Shown piece by piece: positions 47,043 through 57,911 of a stretch of 64,000 bases of DNA; positions within the stretch are counted from its first letter, which is position 1; every line of letters begins with the position of its first letter. The notes beneath the pieces are model-generated. The model did not search any database, was not told the origin of the DNA, and saw nothing but the letters and a program-made list of their open reading frames with translations. The position numbers were made by a program, and so were the translations under genes. The stretch comes from a virus (lineage: Duplodnaviria > Caudoviricetes). The stretch spans positions 34,219 through 98,218 of the IMG/VR virus record IMGVR_UViG_2851775564_000002; one strand, 5' to 3'.

Positions 47043-48147
47043 GGTGGAGATATATAAGAAAATTGGCAGTATGGGATACAGTAATGAAGATGGAGATAAG
47101 GTTATACTGCAAAATAGTAATACAAGTATAAGGATAAATAGGGCTAGAGATACTCCAAATAGTGAAGCAACTATAATTGCACAATTTGAACATTTACCTC
47201 TTGCAGAATATAAAGGTGGCAGCAAAGGCATAATAGATAACTTTGCAAGAGTTGAGATATATTTTGATGAAAATATAGAGTTCTCTGGAATTATTAAGAA
47301 GTATGAGTATGATGAAGTTGAAAAAGTTATTACTTTAACCTGCCATGATATGATTTATAGGCTTTTAAATCTTACATTTGAAAATATAGATTATGTGAAT
47401 ACTACTGCAGTTAATGTAATAAGGGATTTAGTAATTAGAGCAGGATTGAGTTTTTATAGAAGTGGCGGCACTGATTATTCTATTCCAAAGCTTCATATAG
47501 AGGAAGGTACAGCTTATATGGATGTTATACAAAGCCTTTTAGAAACAATGCATGCAAATATAAGGTGTAGCAAAAGTGGCACTATATTTTTAGAAGAACA
47601 ATATCCAGATTATGTTGAAAGTGGTGGCGATATAAACCACTTTGATTGGACATATGTTGATAGTAAAAATGTGGCTACAGACAATGCTGGTAGGGATGCT
47701 TCTGAGATGAAAAATATCTTGAAAATAATGTGCCAGATTCAAGATGGTGATAAAACTCAAACTGTTTTTGACAAGTTTGAAGATCCGAGCATGACTGAAT
47801 ATCTTAATGGTGAGAAATGGTATGAAATAGTAGATAATGCATTGGCAAATACACAGGAAAAAAGGAAAGCTGTTGCAGGATGGCAGTATCTTGAGTATTG
47901 GAGAAAAAGTACTCCGTTAACTATTTTACCTACTAAAGGTAATAAGGATATAGAATTAGGACAGGTTGTAAAACTCATAAGAGATAACACAGATCCAGGA
48001 TATTATTTAGTTGTTGGTATAGATACAGAGGTAACAGCAGACAACGGATACACTGATACTTTGCAATTACAAGGTATGAGAGATAAAAGGACTATATACG
48101 AAATACCTAAGCTGCTTGCTTCTGGTGTAATGAAGGAGGCAAGTTAA
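47002..48147 (+). CDS. Baseplate hub protein (XkdQ/YqbQ-like)
   Basis: FSGII..LTCHD; position. Confidence 0.65.
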   Translation: MMFLDGQVIQMQYRVEIYKKIGSMGYSNEDGDKVILQNSNTSIRINRARDTPNSEATIIAQFEHLPLAEYKGGSKGIIDNFARVEIYFDENIEFSGIIKKYEYDEVEKVITLTCHDMIYRLLNLTFENIDYVNTTAVNVIRDLVIRAGLSFYRSGGTDYSIPKLHIEEGTAYMDVIQSLLETMHANIRCSKSGTIFLEEQYPDYVESGGDINHFDWTYVDSKNVATDNAGRDASEMKNILKIMCQIQDGDKTQTVFDKFEDPSMTEYLNGEKWYEIVDNALANTQEKRKAVAGWQYLEYWRKSTPLTILPTKGNKDIELGQVVKLIRDNTDPGYYLVVGIDTEVTADNGYTDTLQLQGMRDKRTIYEIPKLLASGVMKEAS

Positions 48148-48151
48148 ATCT

Positions 48152-48493
48152 ATGAGTATGGGATTTAAGAATTTTAGAGACCCAGTAGTTTACGTATTAA
48201 ACCAGGAACTAAGGAAGAAAAACCTTAAAAATAAAATATCTATGGATACTTCACCAGCTGAATATAGTGGTGACCTTGTTGAATATCCGGTCCAGCTTGT
48301 AAGAGATTCTAATACGAAGAAAGTAGTTAAATGTATATATGGAACTGGGACAAATCAATGGAGTGAGGAACTTATAAGAGATACCAACGGGAAAGTGTAT
48401 AGGATTAAAACAACCTATCCTGATGGAAGTATAAAGACAATACAGATTAATAAGGATTTAGATAACCTTGTTGATAATATAGATTATGTTTAG
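48152..48493 (+). CDS. Tail tip hypothetical protein
   Basis: Tail operon; L.RD..KV repeats. Confidence 0.55.
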   Translation: MSMGFKNFRDPVVYVLNQELRKKNLKNKISMDTSPAEYSGDLVEYPVQLVRDSNTKKVVKCIYGTGTNQWSEELIRDTNGKVYRIKTTYPDGSIKTIQINKDLDNLVDNIDYV

Positions 48494-48495
48494 AG

Positions 48496-49068
48496 GTGAT
48501 TGAGTTGAGCCTGCCAAGTTATGTTATAAATTTTGATGAATTAGCAGATGCAATAAAAGATTATTTACAAAATGGAGTTAAAGTTGATATAGGAAGTATA
48601 ACAGTTCCTACAGATAAAATGGAAGATTTGCTTACCCAAATAAGAGATAAAATACAGGGCGTAAATTATACAGATTTAATTAATGCATTAAATGCTCTTG
48701 GAATTAAATTAGATGGATTGGCTGGTAATTTAGGTATAAGTGGTATACAAAAAATATATGGAGAAATGCTTGAAATACCCGCAAGTTTAGAAACTTATAC
48801 AATAGAATTTGCAGTTCCTAAAAAAGGTAGAATTACTGGCATAACTTATTCTCAATCAGCTTGGAATTTCCAGGATACATGGGACTTAAAAGTAGGAGAT
48901 AATATATTATTTACTGGAGTCCGAACCAAAGAATATGGAGAAAATAAATTCTTTAATGTGTTTTATCCAGTAACTGCAGGCCAGAAAATAGACTTTGTAT
49001 TTAACAATACCAGTGGATCTTCTAAAATATTGTGGGTAGATTTTAATATATTGGAGGATTCACAATAA
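48496..49068 (+). CDS. Tail/baseplate protein
   Basis: SLPSYVINFDEL..TKEYGENKFFN; paralog of next gene. Confidence 0.6.
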   Translation: MIELSLPSYVINFDELADAIKDYLQNGVKVDIGSITVPTDKMEDLLTQIRDKIQGVNYTDLINALNALGIKLDGLAGNLGISGIQKIYGEMLEIPASLETYTIEFAVPKKGRITGITYSQSAWNFQDTWDLKVGDNILFTGVRTKEYGENKFFNVFYPVTAGQKIDFVFNNTSGSSKILWVDFNILEDSQ

Positions 49069-50111
49069 TGAGTTTGCCAAGGTATGTTATAAATTTTGAT
49101 GAATTGGAAGCTGAATTAAGGTTTAATTTACTAAAGTTAATAGATGCTGCAATGAAGAATAAGTATCCACAGCTTGATACAGGAGATATTGAATCTTTAA
49201 TGGCTGAAATAGAAGATTTATTACCTGATGAAAAATACAGAAAACTTAAAAATAAAATAAGGCAATTTGTAACACGTAAGTATAATGGTGATCAAAAAGT
49301 TAACGGAGCCTTAATTTATATTCCTGCAATTAGAAGCGACTATAAACAGGATTTTATATTTGATGAAGATGTATACTTAACAGGTTTTAATTTTGACCAA
49401 ACAGGGTGGAAGAAAGAGGATAGATATAGCTTATCCATAGATGAAGAAAAAATAATAGACTGTGCAACTACAAAAGAAATAGGAGAGCATAAATACTTTA
49501 ATACATATTATTATGTAAATGCTGATATCCCTGTTTCTTTTATTTTGCATAATATTAGTGGAAACAGCAGACAGGCTTTAGTAGATTTAGAATACTTAAC
49601 TGCAGGCAGTTTACCGCCATCTGGATCTACTATAATATTCTTAGATGTGAGTGGAAGTATGCGAGCATTATTAAAACAAATGTCTGCGTTAATGTTAGAG
49701 TATCTTCAAAATTTATATGATATTGATAAAGTAAGTCTATGTTTTGTATCTGGTATAGAAGACAAATACAAACATGGAACTTACTTTTTTAAAAGAAAAG
49801 ATTTTGAGGATAAATATAAGGCTATTGATTACTTATCTGTGGATTCTAATATACCTTTAGAAGGCGGTGGCACTTATGACATAGTAACTGTGCAGTGTGT
49901 GATAGATTATAATATTAGAAATTTTGATAATTATATATTTTGCACAGATCAAGTTTTAGAAAGTGATCCTATTCCGGACTTTATTGATAAACTTAAAAAG
50001 TTTTTTAATAAAGACCAAAATGTATTTTCTCTTCCGGTAGATAAACAGAATGAAAATTATTGGAAGAATGAATTTGAAGAGATTAAATTGTTTAAACCTA
50101 TAAAACCATAA
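49068..50111 (+). CDS. Tail/baseplate protein with C-terminal vWA domain
   Basis: SLPRYVINFDEL..TKEIGEHKYFN then IIFLDVSGSM..GGT..IFCTD (MIDAS). Confidence 0.7.
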   Translation: MSLPRYVINFDELEAELRFNLLKLIDAAMKNKYPQLDTGDIESLMAEIEDLLPDEKYRKLKNKIRQFVTRKYNGDQKVNGALIYIPAIRSDYKQDFIFDEDVYLTGFNFDQTGWKKEDRYSLSIDEEKIIDCATTKEIGEHKYFNTYYYVNADIPVSFILHNISGNSRQALVDLEYLTAGSLPPSGSTIIFLDVSGSMRALLKQMSALMLEYLQNLYDIDKVSLCFVSGIEDKYKHGTYFFKRKDFEDKYKAIDYLSVDSNIPLEGGGTYDIVTVQCVIDYNIRNFDNYIFCTDQVLESDPIPDFIDKLKKFFNKDQNVFSLPVDKQNENYWKNEFEEIKLFKPIKP

Positions 50112-50118
50112 GGAGGTA

Positions 50119-51357
50119 ATGAAATTGGCAGTAAAAGAAGATTTTTATTATGCAGAGGGAAATTCCAGCGTTAAGAATTTAGTTAAAACTCTTGTTACAG
50201 AGATAACTCAAGCAGGAATTTATAAATGGGATTTAGTTGTACCCGATAGTATAGATAAAATAGGATCAGCAGGAACAGCGCAAACACTAAACTTAATAAC
50301 GGATGGAAGTACTACAGATAAGGTTCAGACACAATATACAACAAGTAAACAAAATGATACATGCATATTGAAAGCTACTACAAGTTATGGAAAAAGTTTT
50401 TATGTAAAAATTGATAGACCCATGAGAGAATTGACAGTGGCAGAAAATCAGGCTATAAAACTATTTAAAAGTTTACATTCATATACCAATTATGACCATA
50501 TAGAACATAGGACAGATGCAGAAGTTCTTGAAATAATGTATGGAAAAAATCCTATCGTTGAAGGTAGTGGCTATAATGATTATGTAAGTGCTATGACAGT
50601 AGGATTTGCTTTAAACAATATAAGGTTTCAAATAGCAACTGAACTTAATTCTGATAATACAGATATTAATATAAGTAAGGATATACAAGATAAATATAAT
50701 TATAGGCTGGCTTGGTATAGAAATTTACAGCCAGAAATAAAGGATTTTTTACCTGTACAGTATTGGATTTGCGTAACCAAAGATAGTATTAATCTAGTAT
50801 TAAGAGGAGATCCTTCGGCTGATGTGGTACCATATAATAACTATTTAACAAGTTATGCTTATATTGGAACTTTGAAGCCTGTAGAAGATTCGGCTTATAC
50901 AGATGATGAATATAATTTTGGAATAACTGTATCTTCAGAAATTGAGCCTGAGTACAATAATCCTTATGGTGAGAGAACTGCTACAGGAGTGACAGATGTA
51001 TGTATGATAGCGAACAAAATAGGAATGCCGTATCAACCGCATTACCCGGCATTTTATAGTACCAATCCATTTATGGACAAGTGCAGTACAGAAGGGAGCA
51101 GGTGGAACCATAAAAAACACCAGTTCAGTGATATAACATTAGTTCATCCAGTAGATATGGAACGTGGAAAGATGATTAATGTCTTGGTAGGAGATGCATC
51201 TTCCATATATGATGGAGATAAATTGGTATATATGAAAGGAACGGATTCAGAAGAAAATTATAAGAAGTTTAAGATAACAGCACCATTTAATTTTTTAAAT
51301 AATAGTGCAAATATAAATTATTGTATAGCAATAAGATGCCCTCAATCTACTGAATAG
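50119..51357 (+). CDS. Conserved phage structural protein
   Basis: Tail operon; LVLRGDPSAD, YGERTATG.TD, PYQPHYPAF. Confidence 0.6.
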   Translation: MKLAVKEDFYYAEGNSSVKNLVKTLVTEITQAGIYKWDLVVPDSIDKIGSAGTAQTLNLITDGSTTDKVQTQYTTSKQNDTCILKATTSYGKSFYVKIDRPMRELTVAENQAIKLFKSLHSYTNYDHIEHRTDAEVLEIMYGKNPIVEGSGYNDYVSAMTVGFALNNIRFQIATELNSDNTDINISKDIQDKYNYRLAWYRNLQPEIKDFLPVQYWICVTKDSINLVLRGDPSADVVPYNNYLTSYAYIGTLKPVEDSAYTDDEYNFGITVSSEIEPEYNNPYGERTATGVTDVCMIANKIGMPYQPHYPAFYSTNPFMDKCSTEGSRWNHKKHQFSDITLVHPVDMERGKMINVLVGDASSIYDGDKLVYMKGTDSEENYKKFKITAPFNFLNNSANINYCIAIRCPQSTE

Positions 51358-51369
51358 GAAGTGAGATAG

Positions 51370-53397
51370 ATGCCCCTGCATGGTATTCCCTTGTGTGATT
51401 TCAAATATGCGGGGGAGATTTATTCTGGAGCAACTTTTAAATATGATACTGCTGGAACAATTTCGAAAGTTAAGTTAAAATTGCTTTCTAAAAGTTCAAA
51501 AGAGATTAGCTTAGATTCTGAAAAATTACTTTCTAAGTTTATTAATCCTAATATATTTAAAAACAATAAAAAATCTTTACTTAGAGAATCTTGTGAAATA
51601 GGGAAAGACAATCTTACTAAGGAACTAAAGGCTGGAGTTAAAGAAGAAAACAAATTATATAAAACATGTTTACTAAAAATAGAAGATTCATATTTTATAA
51701 AAAATAGCACTATAAGACTGAGAAGAGAAAATTCTTTTATGAATATGAAATCAGGAATAAGCTTAGATGTTATGAAAAATAACGGCTTAAATTTGAAGCC
51801 AAGTAGAAGTTTAAAAAATGAAAGTAATAGAAAACTAGGAATAGAAATAAGCAGAACACTAGGTAACACCGAATTCAATGGATTAAGTATAGAGAAAAGC
51901 AAAGAACTGAGTAATGAGGGAAACAAAAATTTAATTATAGAAATTGGCAGGCAGATGTTAAGAATTTGGGATAATGGGTTCAACAAAGATAAAGCTTTTA
52001 GTCTTACAGCAGTAGATAGAGAAAATGTATTATTAAGCAAATTAAATAATGTGTTTCTAAGTAGAGATATATGTGTATTTAATAAACATGATATTGTAAA
52101 ACTTGCTAGAAATAAGGTTAAAAATATTTGTAAGCCTGTAGAAAGATATATTGTAAGGAATGATTTAAAGCAGATTTGTTTTGATTTAAGTAAAAGACTT
52201 TATAGAAAATATAATTTAAAAGAGATGTTTAAAGACAATTACAGGCTTATTAATAAAATTGCTTTCAAAGGCGCTGACAAAATAAGCTTTCAATTTACCT
52301 TAAGAAAAAATCCATCAAAAAATATAAATAAAAGTTTTAATATAAATTATTTAAGAAAATTAAATTTGAAAAACATATCTAAAGTTAGAGAAACAAAACT
52401 TGTTTATAAATGGAGTAATAAAAATATTAGTAAAGTAGGTATTTACGGTCTTAATAAAACTGCGTTAAAGAATATTTTTAAAAGTAACTATAGATTGTTC
52501 AGGAAAATAATAAATAAAAATATTTGTTATGGTAATGAAGCTGTTGATTTAGTCAGGTTTAGGTCAAGTAATATAAACAAATATGATAATAAATTCTTAG
52601 ACTTTATAAAAGTTATAGATATTTATAAACAATTGGAAAAGGGATTAATTGATTTAGCCACAACTGATATATCACAAATTCAAAGTTACTATTTAAAAAA
52701 TAATTTTAATAGAGAAATTTATAAAGAATTTAAGAATAATAAGTTTATTAATGTCATAAAACGCTGGTGGTGGTTGAATGCTACAGATCCAAGAGATAGT
52801 TTGATTGTTCCAAATAAAGATTTTGATTATGACAGCAGCTTATTAAATAATCCGGGTTATGAGTATTTAAGATTCAACAATCATCCCATTTCATGGGGGA
52901 ATGACTGGGGTATTGATTTTAATATTCCTGCTTATAGAGTAAGCATAGAAATTATGTTAGACTTAGTAAATATCTTAATTATGATATGGCATGATAGTGT
53001 ACAGGCATGGATGTGCTGCAGTGGAAAAGAATCTATGCAGTTCATTATGGAACTTTTATATGATTGGTACACTTTAGATATTTCAAAGTCTAATACAGAT
53101 TACTGCAGAGCTTATAGATGGATAAGGTGGGAGATTGAAAAAGTCTATTTTTTAAATTTAGATACAGGGTTACAGGCGGTAGGAGTACTTATATCGAATT
53201 TAATAGATTATTTAAAGCAGCATCATTTTAATATAGTTCCAATATGGAAGAATCCAAAGGCTATGGATATAGAAAGAAATTTTAATAGAATAGCTCAGAA
53301 TGGTGATTTGATGAAATCTTTAAATAAGGCAAAAGGTAAAAGATATTACTATATAGAAACACAGAATATAGAAAAGAAAAATATTTTTGGGAGATGA
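51370..53397 (+). CDS. Tail-region protein with long K/N-rich degenerate repeat core
   Basis: Basic repetitive middle; W-rich C-terminal domain. Confidence 0.6.
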   Translation: MPLHGIPLCDFKYAGEIYSGATFKYDTAGTISKVKLKLLSKSSKEISLDSEKLLSKFINPNIFKNNKKSLLRESCEIGKDNLTKELKAGVKEENKLYKTCLLKIEDSYFIKNSTIRLRRENSFMNMKSGISLDVMKNNGLNLKPSRSLKNESNRKLGIEISRTLGNTEFNGLSIEKSKELSNEGNKNLIIEIGRQMLRIWDNGFNKDKAFSLTAVDRENVLLSKLNNVFLSRDICVFNKHDIVKLARNKVKNICKPVERYIVRNDLKQICFDLSKRLYRKYNLKEMFKDNYRLINKIAFKGADKISFQFTLRKNPSKNINKSFNINYLRKLNLKNISKVRETKLVYKWSNKNISKVGIYGLNKTALKNIFKSNYRLFRKIINKNICYGNEAVDLVRFRSSNINKYDNKFLDFIKVIDIYKQLEKGLIDLATTDISQIQSYYLKNNFNREIYKEFKNNKFINVIKRWWWLNATDPRDSLIVPNKDFDYDSSLLNNPGYEYLRFNNHPISWGNDWGIDFNIPAYRVSIEIMLDLVNILIMIWHDSVQAWMCCSGKESMQFIMELLYDWYTLDISKSNTDYCRAYRWIRWEIEKVYFLNLDTGLQAVGVLISNLIDYLKQHHFNIVPIWKNPKAMDIERNFNRIAQNGDLMKSLNKAKGKRYYYIETQNIEKKNIFGR

Positions 53398-53659
53398 TAC
53401 TATGGAAATTCCTAGCACGATAGATTTTAAGAAACCCAGACAAAAAGAATGGGGTGTTCTTCAAGGCAGGACGCTGGCTTCATTGAATTATGGTGAAATA
53501 GTAGATGAAAGTGGAAAAGCTATTAATTCAGTTTCAACAAATTGTTATCAGGATGCACTTGAACAAGCTAAAATACTTATAGCAAAAGGGACGGGTACAG
53601 CTAATGTGCAGGTAGTTGAATTTGTACCATATGATTACATGATGCAGCCTAATGTATAG
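53387..53659 (+). CDS. Tail-region hypothetical protein
   Basis: Coupled ORF. Confidence 0.55.
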   Translation: MGDDTMEIPSTIDFKKPRQKEWGVLQGRTLASLNYGEIVDESGKAINSVSTNCYQDALEQAKILIAKGTGTANVQVVEFVPYDYMMQPNV

Positions 53660-53670
53660 GAGCTGGTTAA

Positions 53671-54666
53671 ATGAAACTTATAAAAGTTAAAGATGGATTA
53701 CTTGAGGTTGAGAATTTTTTCTTAACCTCTTCTTTTAGTGATTTTGCTGGAAGTTCCAATATAACTAGAGATATAAGTACTGGAAAGGTCAAACTTATTT
53801 CAAATAATAAAATTGAAAGAAATTTTAATTTCAATGAATTTGTTATTGAGGTGGAGAAAGGAAATTTTAAGGATATGGCTGTCGATAATTATTCAATGAT
53901 TTATTTGGGAAATGATAAGTATACTTTTGGAATCAGGGATAAAAAGCGAGCTCAGCAGCATAAGTTTTGGAAAATACTTAAGCAAGATAATTATGTACAG
54001 GCATATGTATCGGATGATGGTGTTACCTATACCAACATAGGTGGCATGAACTTTGCAGATAAGATACTACATCAAGGTTTTCAAAAATACAGTGATGAGG
54101 ATTTTGTATTGGATAATTATAAAGTATATGGGAGCTCGTATGTTACTGTACAAAATTTCCCCGAAAATACTGTTTGTGAACTGTATGATTTAGATAACAA
54201 TTTGTTAAAAACAAGAACATTTGATGGCGATCTGGAGTGTAAAGTATTTCTGGATTGTAATATACAAGGATATTTTATTTTCAAAGATTCCACTGGAAAT
54301 CAGATATATAAGTCAGATTTATTGGATTTGAAGTATGGTGATGTATATGTATTTAGCAAATACGAACTTAAAGTAATTTATAATGGGTTGGTTGTAACTA
54401 ACACAACCCCTGGAGTATTAAAAGATTTGGATGAAAGCATAACTATTAGAAATACAGATACTAAAGATTATGCAGAGCTAAAAATAGGGATACAGACTGC
54501 AAGTGATGATTTAATTCAATTAAGTTTGGATGGTGTAGCATATTCAGATAGTGTAAGTTTAGATTTACTTGAAGGTCAAAGTAAAGATATATTTGTTAAG
54601 ATAACTAAAAATGTTGATAATCACAATTTTTCTGTGAGAGATTTCCAACTAGTAATAGATGAGTAG
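53671..54666 (+). CDS. Beta-sandwich tail protein
   Basis: QAYVSDDG.TYT.IG lectin-like motif; position. Confidence 0.55.
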   Translation: MKLIKVKDGLLEVENFFLTSSFSDFAGSSNITRDISTGKVKLISNNKIERNFNFNEFVIEVEKGNFKDMAVDNYSMIYLGNDKYTFGIRDKKRAQQHKFWKILKQDNYVQAYVSDDGVTYTNIGGMNFADKILHQGFQKYSDEDFVLDNYKVYGSSYVTVQNFPENTVCELYDLDNNLLKTRTFDGDLECKVFLDCNIQGYFIFKDSTGNQIYKSDLLDLKYGDVYVFSKYELKVIYNGLVVTNTTPGVLKDLDESITIRNTDTKDYAELKIGIQTASDDLIQLSLDGVAYSDSVSLDLLEGQSKDIFVKITKNVDNHNFSVRDFQLVIDE

Positions 54667-54677
54667 GTGATGACTGT

Positions 54678-55115
54678 ATGAGTGAATTTTTTAATGTAAC
54701 TCTCAGCAGTGATGTTATTATAGATGATTCCAGCAATGGGAAAAATAATACCTGGAGTGCATATCAAATAAATGAAAAGTTATCTGAAATGGATAAAAAA
54801 ATTGAAGAAAATAGGTTTTATACAGAAACTTTAAACAAGCGGTTTTCATATATAACATTTACTACTATAGCAAACCTAAATTCTATAAGTGGTACTATAT
54901 TAAATTCGGTTGTGGATATTGCAAATACATCATCAATTAAAAGTTTATCTTTTAAAATTACAGAAGGAAATATATTGCTATATGGTGGAGTAATACCTCC
55001 ACAAAGGGCTATTTCTTTTGAAACTCAAAGAACTGATTTAATAATCCAAGTAGATGGTGACGGAACAATAAATATGATAACAAAACACATAGGGCCAAAG
55101 GAGGCTGCAAATTAA
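54678..55115 (+). CDS. Tail fibre-associated protein
   Basis: IDD....TWSA.QI motif common in tail fibres. Confidence 0.55.
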   Translation: MSEFFNVTLSSDVIIDDSSNGKNNTWSAYQINEKLSEMDKKIEENRFYTETLNKRFSYITFTTIANLNSISGTILNSVVDIANTSSIKSLSFKITEGNILLYGGVIPPQRAISFETQRTDLIIQVDGDGTINMITKHIGPKEAAN

Positions 55116-56864
55116 ATGAATACCTTTTATGATTTTGGGGCAAAGACTGTTAAGGGAAATAATATAAGTAATTTATCAACAGCATATTCATATGCTGCAT
55201 CAATTCCACATTTTTTTGAAACTGATGATGCAATTTATTTGGATGGAATACCTTGTGATAAATATACTCTTTCACCTATAACATGTTACAAGGATAAAAT
55301 TAGAATGAATATGGCAGGCATAGCATTTATGACTTCCCCATTTACTTCAACTAGATATTTTAATAGAAGTATAGGTGATGAAAATAAATTTCCATATAGG
55401 ATGCCGTATTTGCCTGTGAATACATTATTTAAGAATAATGCTAGATTAAGCAATGGGGATGAAGTTATAATAACTCCTACTAGTAATTATAATAATGCAG
55501 GCAAAAGTACTTTTGTTATGGTGATTAGTAAAAATACAAATAAGATAACCTGGTTAAATTCTACTGATATTGCTAATTTTAAGTCTGGAATTATAGCGTT
55601 AGATGATAATAAATTTATAACTAATAGAGTTGGGTACAACAAGGGTACCAATCAAGACAGTATTGGCAGCCAAGAAGGCACTTTGCAGTGTATTGATAGA
55701 GTTAGTAATATTGTTTCAAATATTACATTATCTCAATATGGATACATCCATAACATAATAGGACGGACTGTCCAAGGAGACTTAGTTGTATTACACGCTA
55801 TTCAATCTGGAGTACCATCACAAAACACTATTAAAGTTAATTTCACAGTATCTAAAATATCCAAGTCAGATTTAACTGTAACTAATCTACTTACAATACC
55901 GATAACACAAACTGATAATTCAAAGTTTTATACTAATCTTCATTTTGAACCGGCTGTTACGCTGGATAACAAAACTATTTATTTTGTAGATGGTACTATT
56001 GACGATACTGCTAATAGAGGTGCTAAATATACTATAGGCAAATGTGAAGTGGATTTAGATAATGGGGCAGCAGTTCAGACCCCTATAAGTGTGGATTTAA
56101 ATGGACTTGTAGATGCACTTTATCATATCCCTGAGTATAATCAATACAAGTCCTGCCAAAGTACAAATATTATATTGAATTATTTGGAATTCGGCGATAA
56201 GAAATATTTAGCTGCAACAAATACGTCAAATGCTGAAGCTATCCTATATAATAATGCAAATGCAGCGAATTACAATGCCTATTGCTTTATGTATTTATTT
56301 GAAATCAATGGTAATACGTTAAAATTAGTAGATTATAAGCCGGGTCTAGGTGGCAGTGCAGATATTCCCCAGGCAGTTTTCCCGTTAAATAATGCTAAGA
56401 ATTTATTGGTTATTAGAAATAACGGACTAGATATAGTTACAGTTGATACCTCAACATCTAAATTTATTATACAGGATACTATAAGTGAGCCAATTTATTC
56501 ATGTGGAATAGATGAATTAGAAAGAGTCTGGTATGTAACAAGTTTGGATGGCTTAGTTAATGATGCAAAGTTAAAGGTATTTTCTGTTGGGGCTGTAATC
56601 ACAGTTAATACAGCTTTTGAAAATCCTAATATTACTTACGAGGAAAAAGACATAGATTCTAATGTAATTGTATCAACTAGAAATAATGAAGGAAATCGTG
56701 TGGTAACTAATTTGCAGTTGTTACTAGAAGGAAACGCTGTATTTAGCAGTACAAGCTCCAAAACAATAACTATAACAACAAGTAAAGATGTTGATACCTC
56801 TGTACCTATTAAAATTCAGGGTGATGGCATGATATCTATATATACAAATATTGTTCCAGCTTAA
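55116..56864 (+). CDS. Candidate receptor-binding protein
   Basis: 582 aa, beta-rich, N/T/S-rich; end of tail module. Confidence 0.55.
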   Translation: MNTFYDFGAKTVKGNNISNLSTAYSYAASIPHFFETDDAIYLDGIPCDKYTLSPITCYKDKIRMNMAGIAFMTSPFTSTRYFNRSIGDENKFPYRMPYLPVNTLFKNNARLSNGDEVIITPTSNYNNAGKSTFVMVISKNTNKITWLNSTDIANFKSGIIALDDNKFITNRVGYNKGTNQDSIGSQEGTLQCIDRVSNIVSNITLSQYGYIHNIIGRTVQGDLVVLHAIQSGVPSQNTIKVNFTVSKISKSDLTVTNLLTIPITQTDNSKFYTNLHFEPAVTLDNKTIYFVDGTIDDTANRGAKYTIGKCEVDLDNGAAVQTPISVDLNGLVDALYHIPEYNQYKSCQSTNIILNYLEFGDKKYLAATNTSNAEAILYNNANAANYNAYCFMYLFEINGNTLKLVDYKPGLGGSADIPQAVFPLNNAKNLLVIRNNGLDIVTVDTSTSKFIIQDTISEPIYSCGIDELERVWYVTSLDGLVNDAKLKVFSVGAVITVNTAFENPNITYEEKDIDSNVIVSTRNNEGNRVVTNLQLLLEGNAVFSSTSSKTITITTSKDVDTSVPIKIQGDGMISIYTNIVPA

Positions 56865-56882
56865 TAGGAAAGTGGTGAAAAT

Positions 56883-57545
56883 ATGGCTAATATTACACTA
56901 GAAGACTATGTAAACACATATAGAAACAAAATAGGAGGATTTAGAGTATCCTCTGCAAATACAAATATAATGAACATTAGTAGAAAGAGATCTGTGCAAA
57001 TTCCTAATAATAATAAGTTTAGTTTTTTGGAGACTGCAGTTAAGGTCAAGGTCAGCAGGATGTATATAATAAAAAGTGATGTTGCATATAAAAAACAGTC
57101 CAGTCCGGTAATTAACATAGTGTCTATGAATATTAAGAAGAAGAACAATGAAGAATTTAACTATAGCAACTATCACAATTTTATATATACAACCTGGAAA
57201 AATATAATGATGGTAGATACCCTTTATAGTAAGAGCATCATTAGCTTAGACATATCAGATATTGTATTTCCGCCAGTTCCAACAAAAGGGAGAGGAATAA
57301 CTGATATAGAACTGACCTTGATTTCAGGAAAGCATTATAAAATTGTATTAAAAAATTCTGATAAAGTAGGGATATCTTCTGTAGAGAATTTACCAGCCAG
57401 CTTAAGTTTTGACTCTGCAGAAAATTCTATAGAGGGAGTAGTTTTTTTAACCGGAACTACTATATCTAATATTACTCTATCCGATAAAACAGAAATAAAA
57501 TTAACTTTTAATGTAATACCGGCAAGTTTATCTGATGGAATCTAA
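56883..57545 (+). CDS. Tail-region protein with C-terminal putative Ig domain
   Basis: VENLPASLSFDS..SIEG. Confidence 0.5.
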   Translation: MANITLEDYVNTYRNKIGGFRVSSANTNIMNISRKRSVQIPNNNKFSFLETAVKVKVSRMYIIKSDVAYKKQSSPVINIVSMNIKKKNNEEFNYSNYHNFIYTTWKNIMMVDTLYSKSIISLDISDIVFPPVPTKGRGITDIELTLISGKHYKIVLKNSDKVGISSVENLPASLSFDSAENSIEGVVFLTGTTISNITLSDKTEIKLTFNVIPASLSDGI

Positions 57546-57559
57546 GGGGGAAGGATAAG

Positions 57560-57730
57560 ATGAATTACAAAATAATAAATGATGAAAATGGTCTGAGAGT
57601 AGAAGGATATAACGAAGATAAAAAGTTAGCATATGTCCAGCCTTTTAACTCATTTACCGGACAGAAGTTTACTTCAATTGATGAGTGTAAGTCATATTGT
57701 GAAGCATTAGGTTATGATATAGCAGAATAA
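57560..57730 (+). CDS. 56-aa protein not in the ORF track, possible fibre chaperone
   Basis: RBS GGGGGAAGG; QPFN..TG..F.S. Confidence 0.5.
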   Translation: MNYKIINDENGLRVEGYNEDKKLAYVQPFNSFTGQKFTSIDECKSYCEALGYDIAE

Positions 57731-57911
57731 TTTCATAAAATAATTAATAGGACTAGAGATAGTCTTTTTATTTTGCTTAAAATGGAAGTGGTGATATGGA
57801 AAAATAAGATATGTAAAGATATTACTGGACGAGACTATACAGCATAAAAAAGTTATTTAAATATATTGTGAACTGAATTAAGAAAAATATACGTAAATAA
57901 ACTAAGAAGGT

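Noticed and set aside
51420-52040. 206-aa antisense ORF
   Set aside because: L/F/S-rich mirror of K/E/R codons in the sense gene; no independent signals.
42126-57730. Tailocin or contractile injection system
   Set aside because: Terminase, portal and capsid are present and no sheath gene was recognised; this is a prophage tail.
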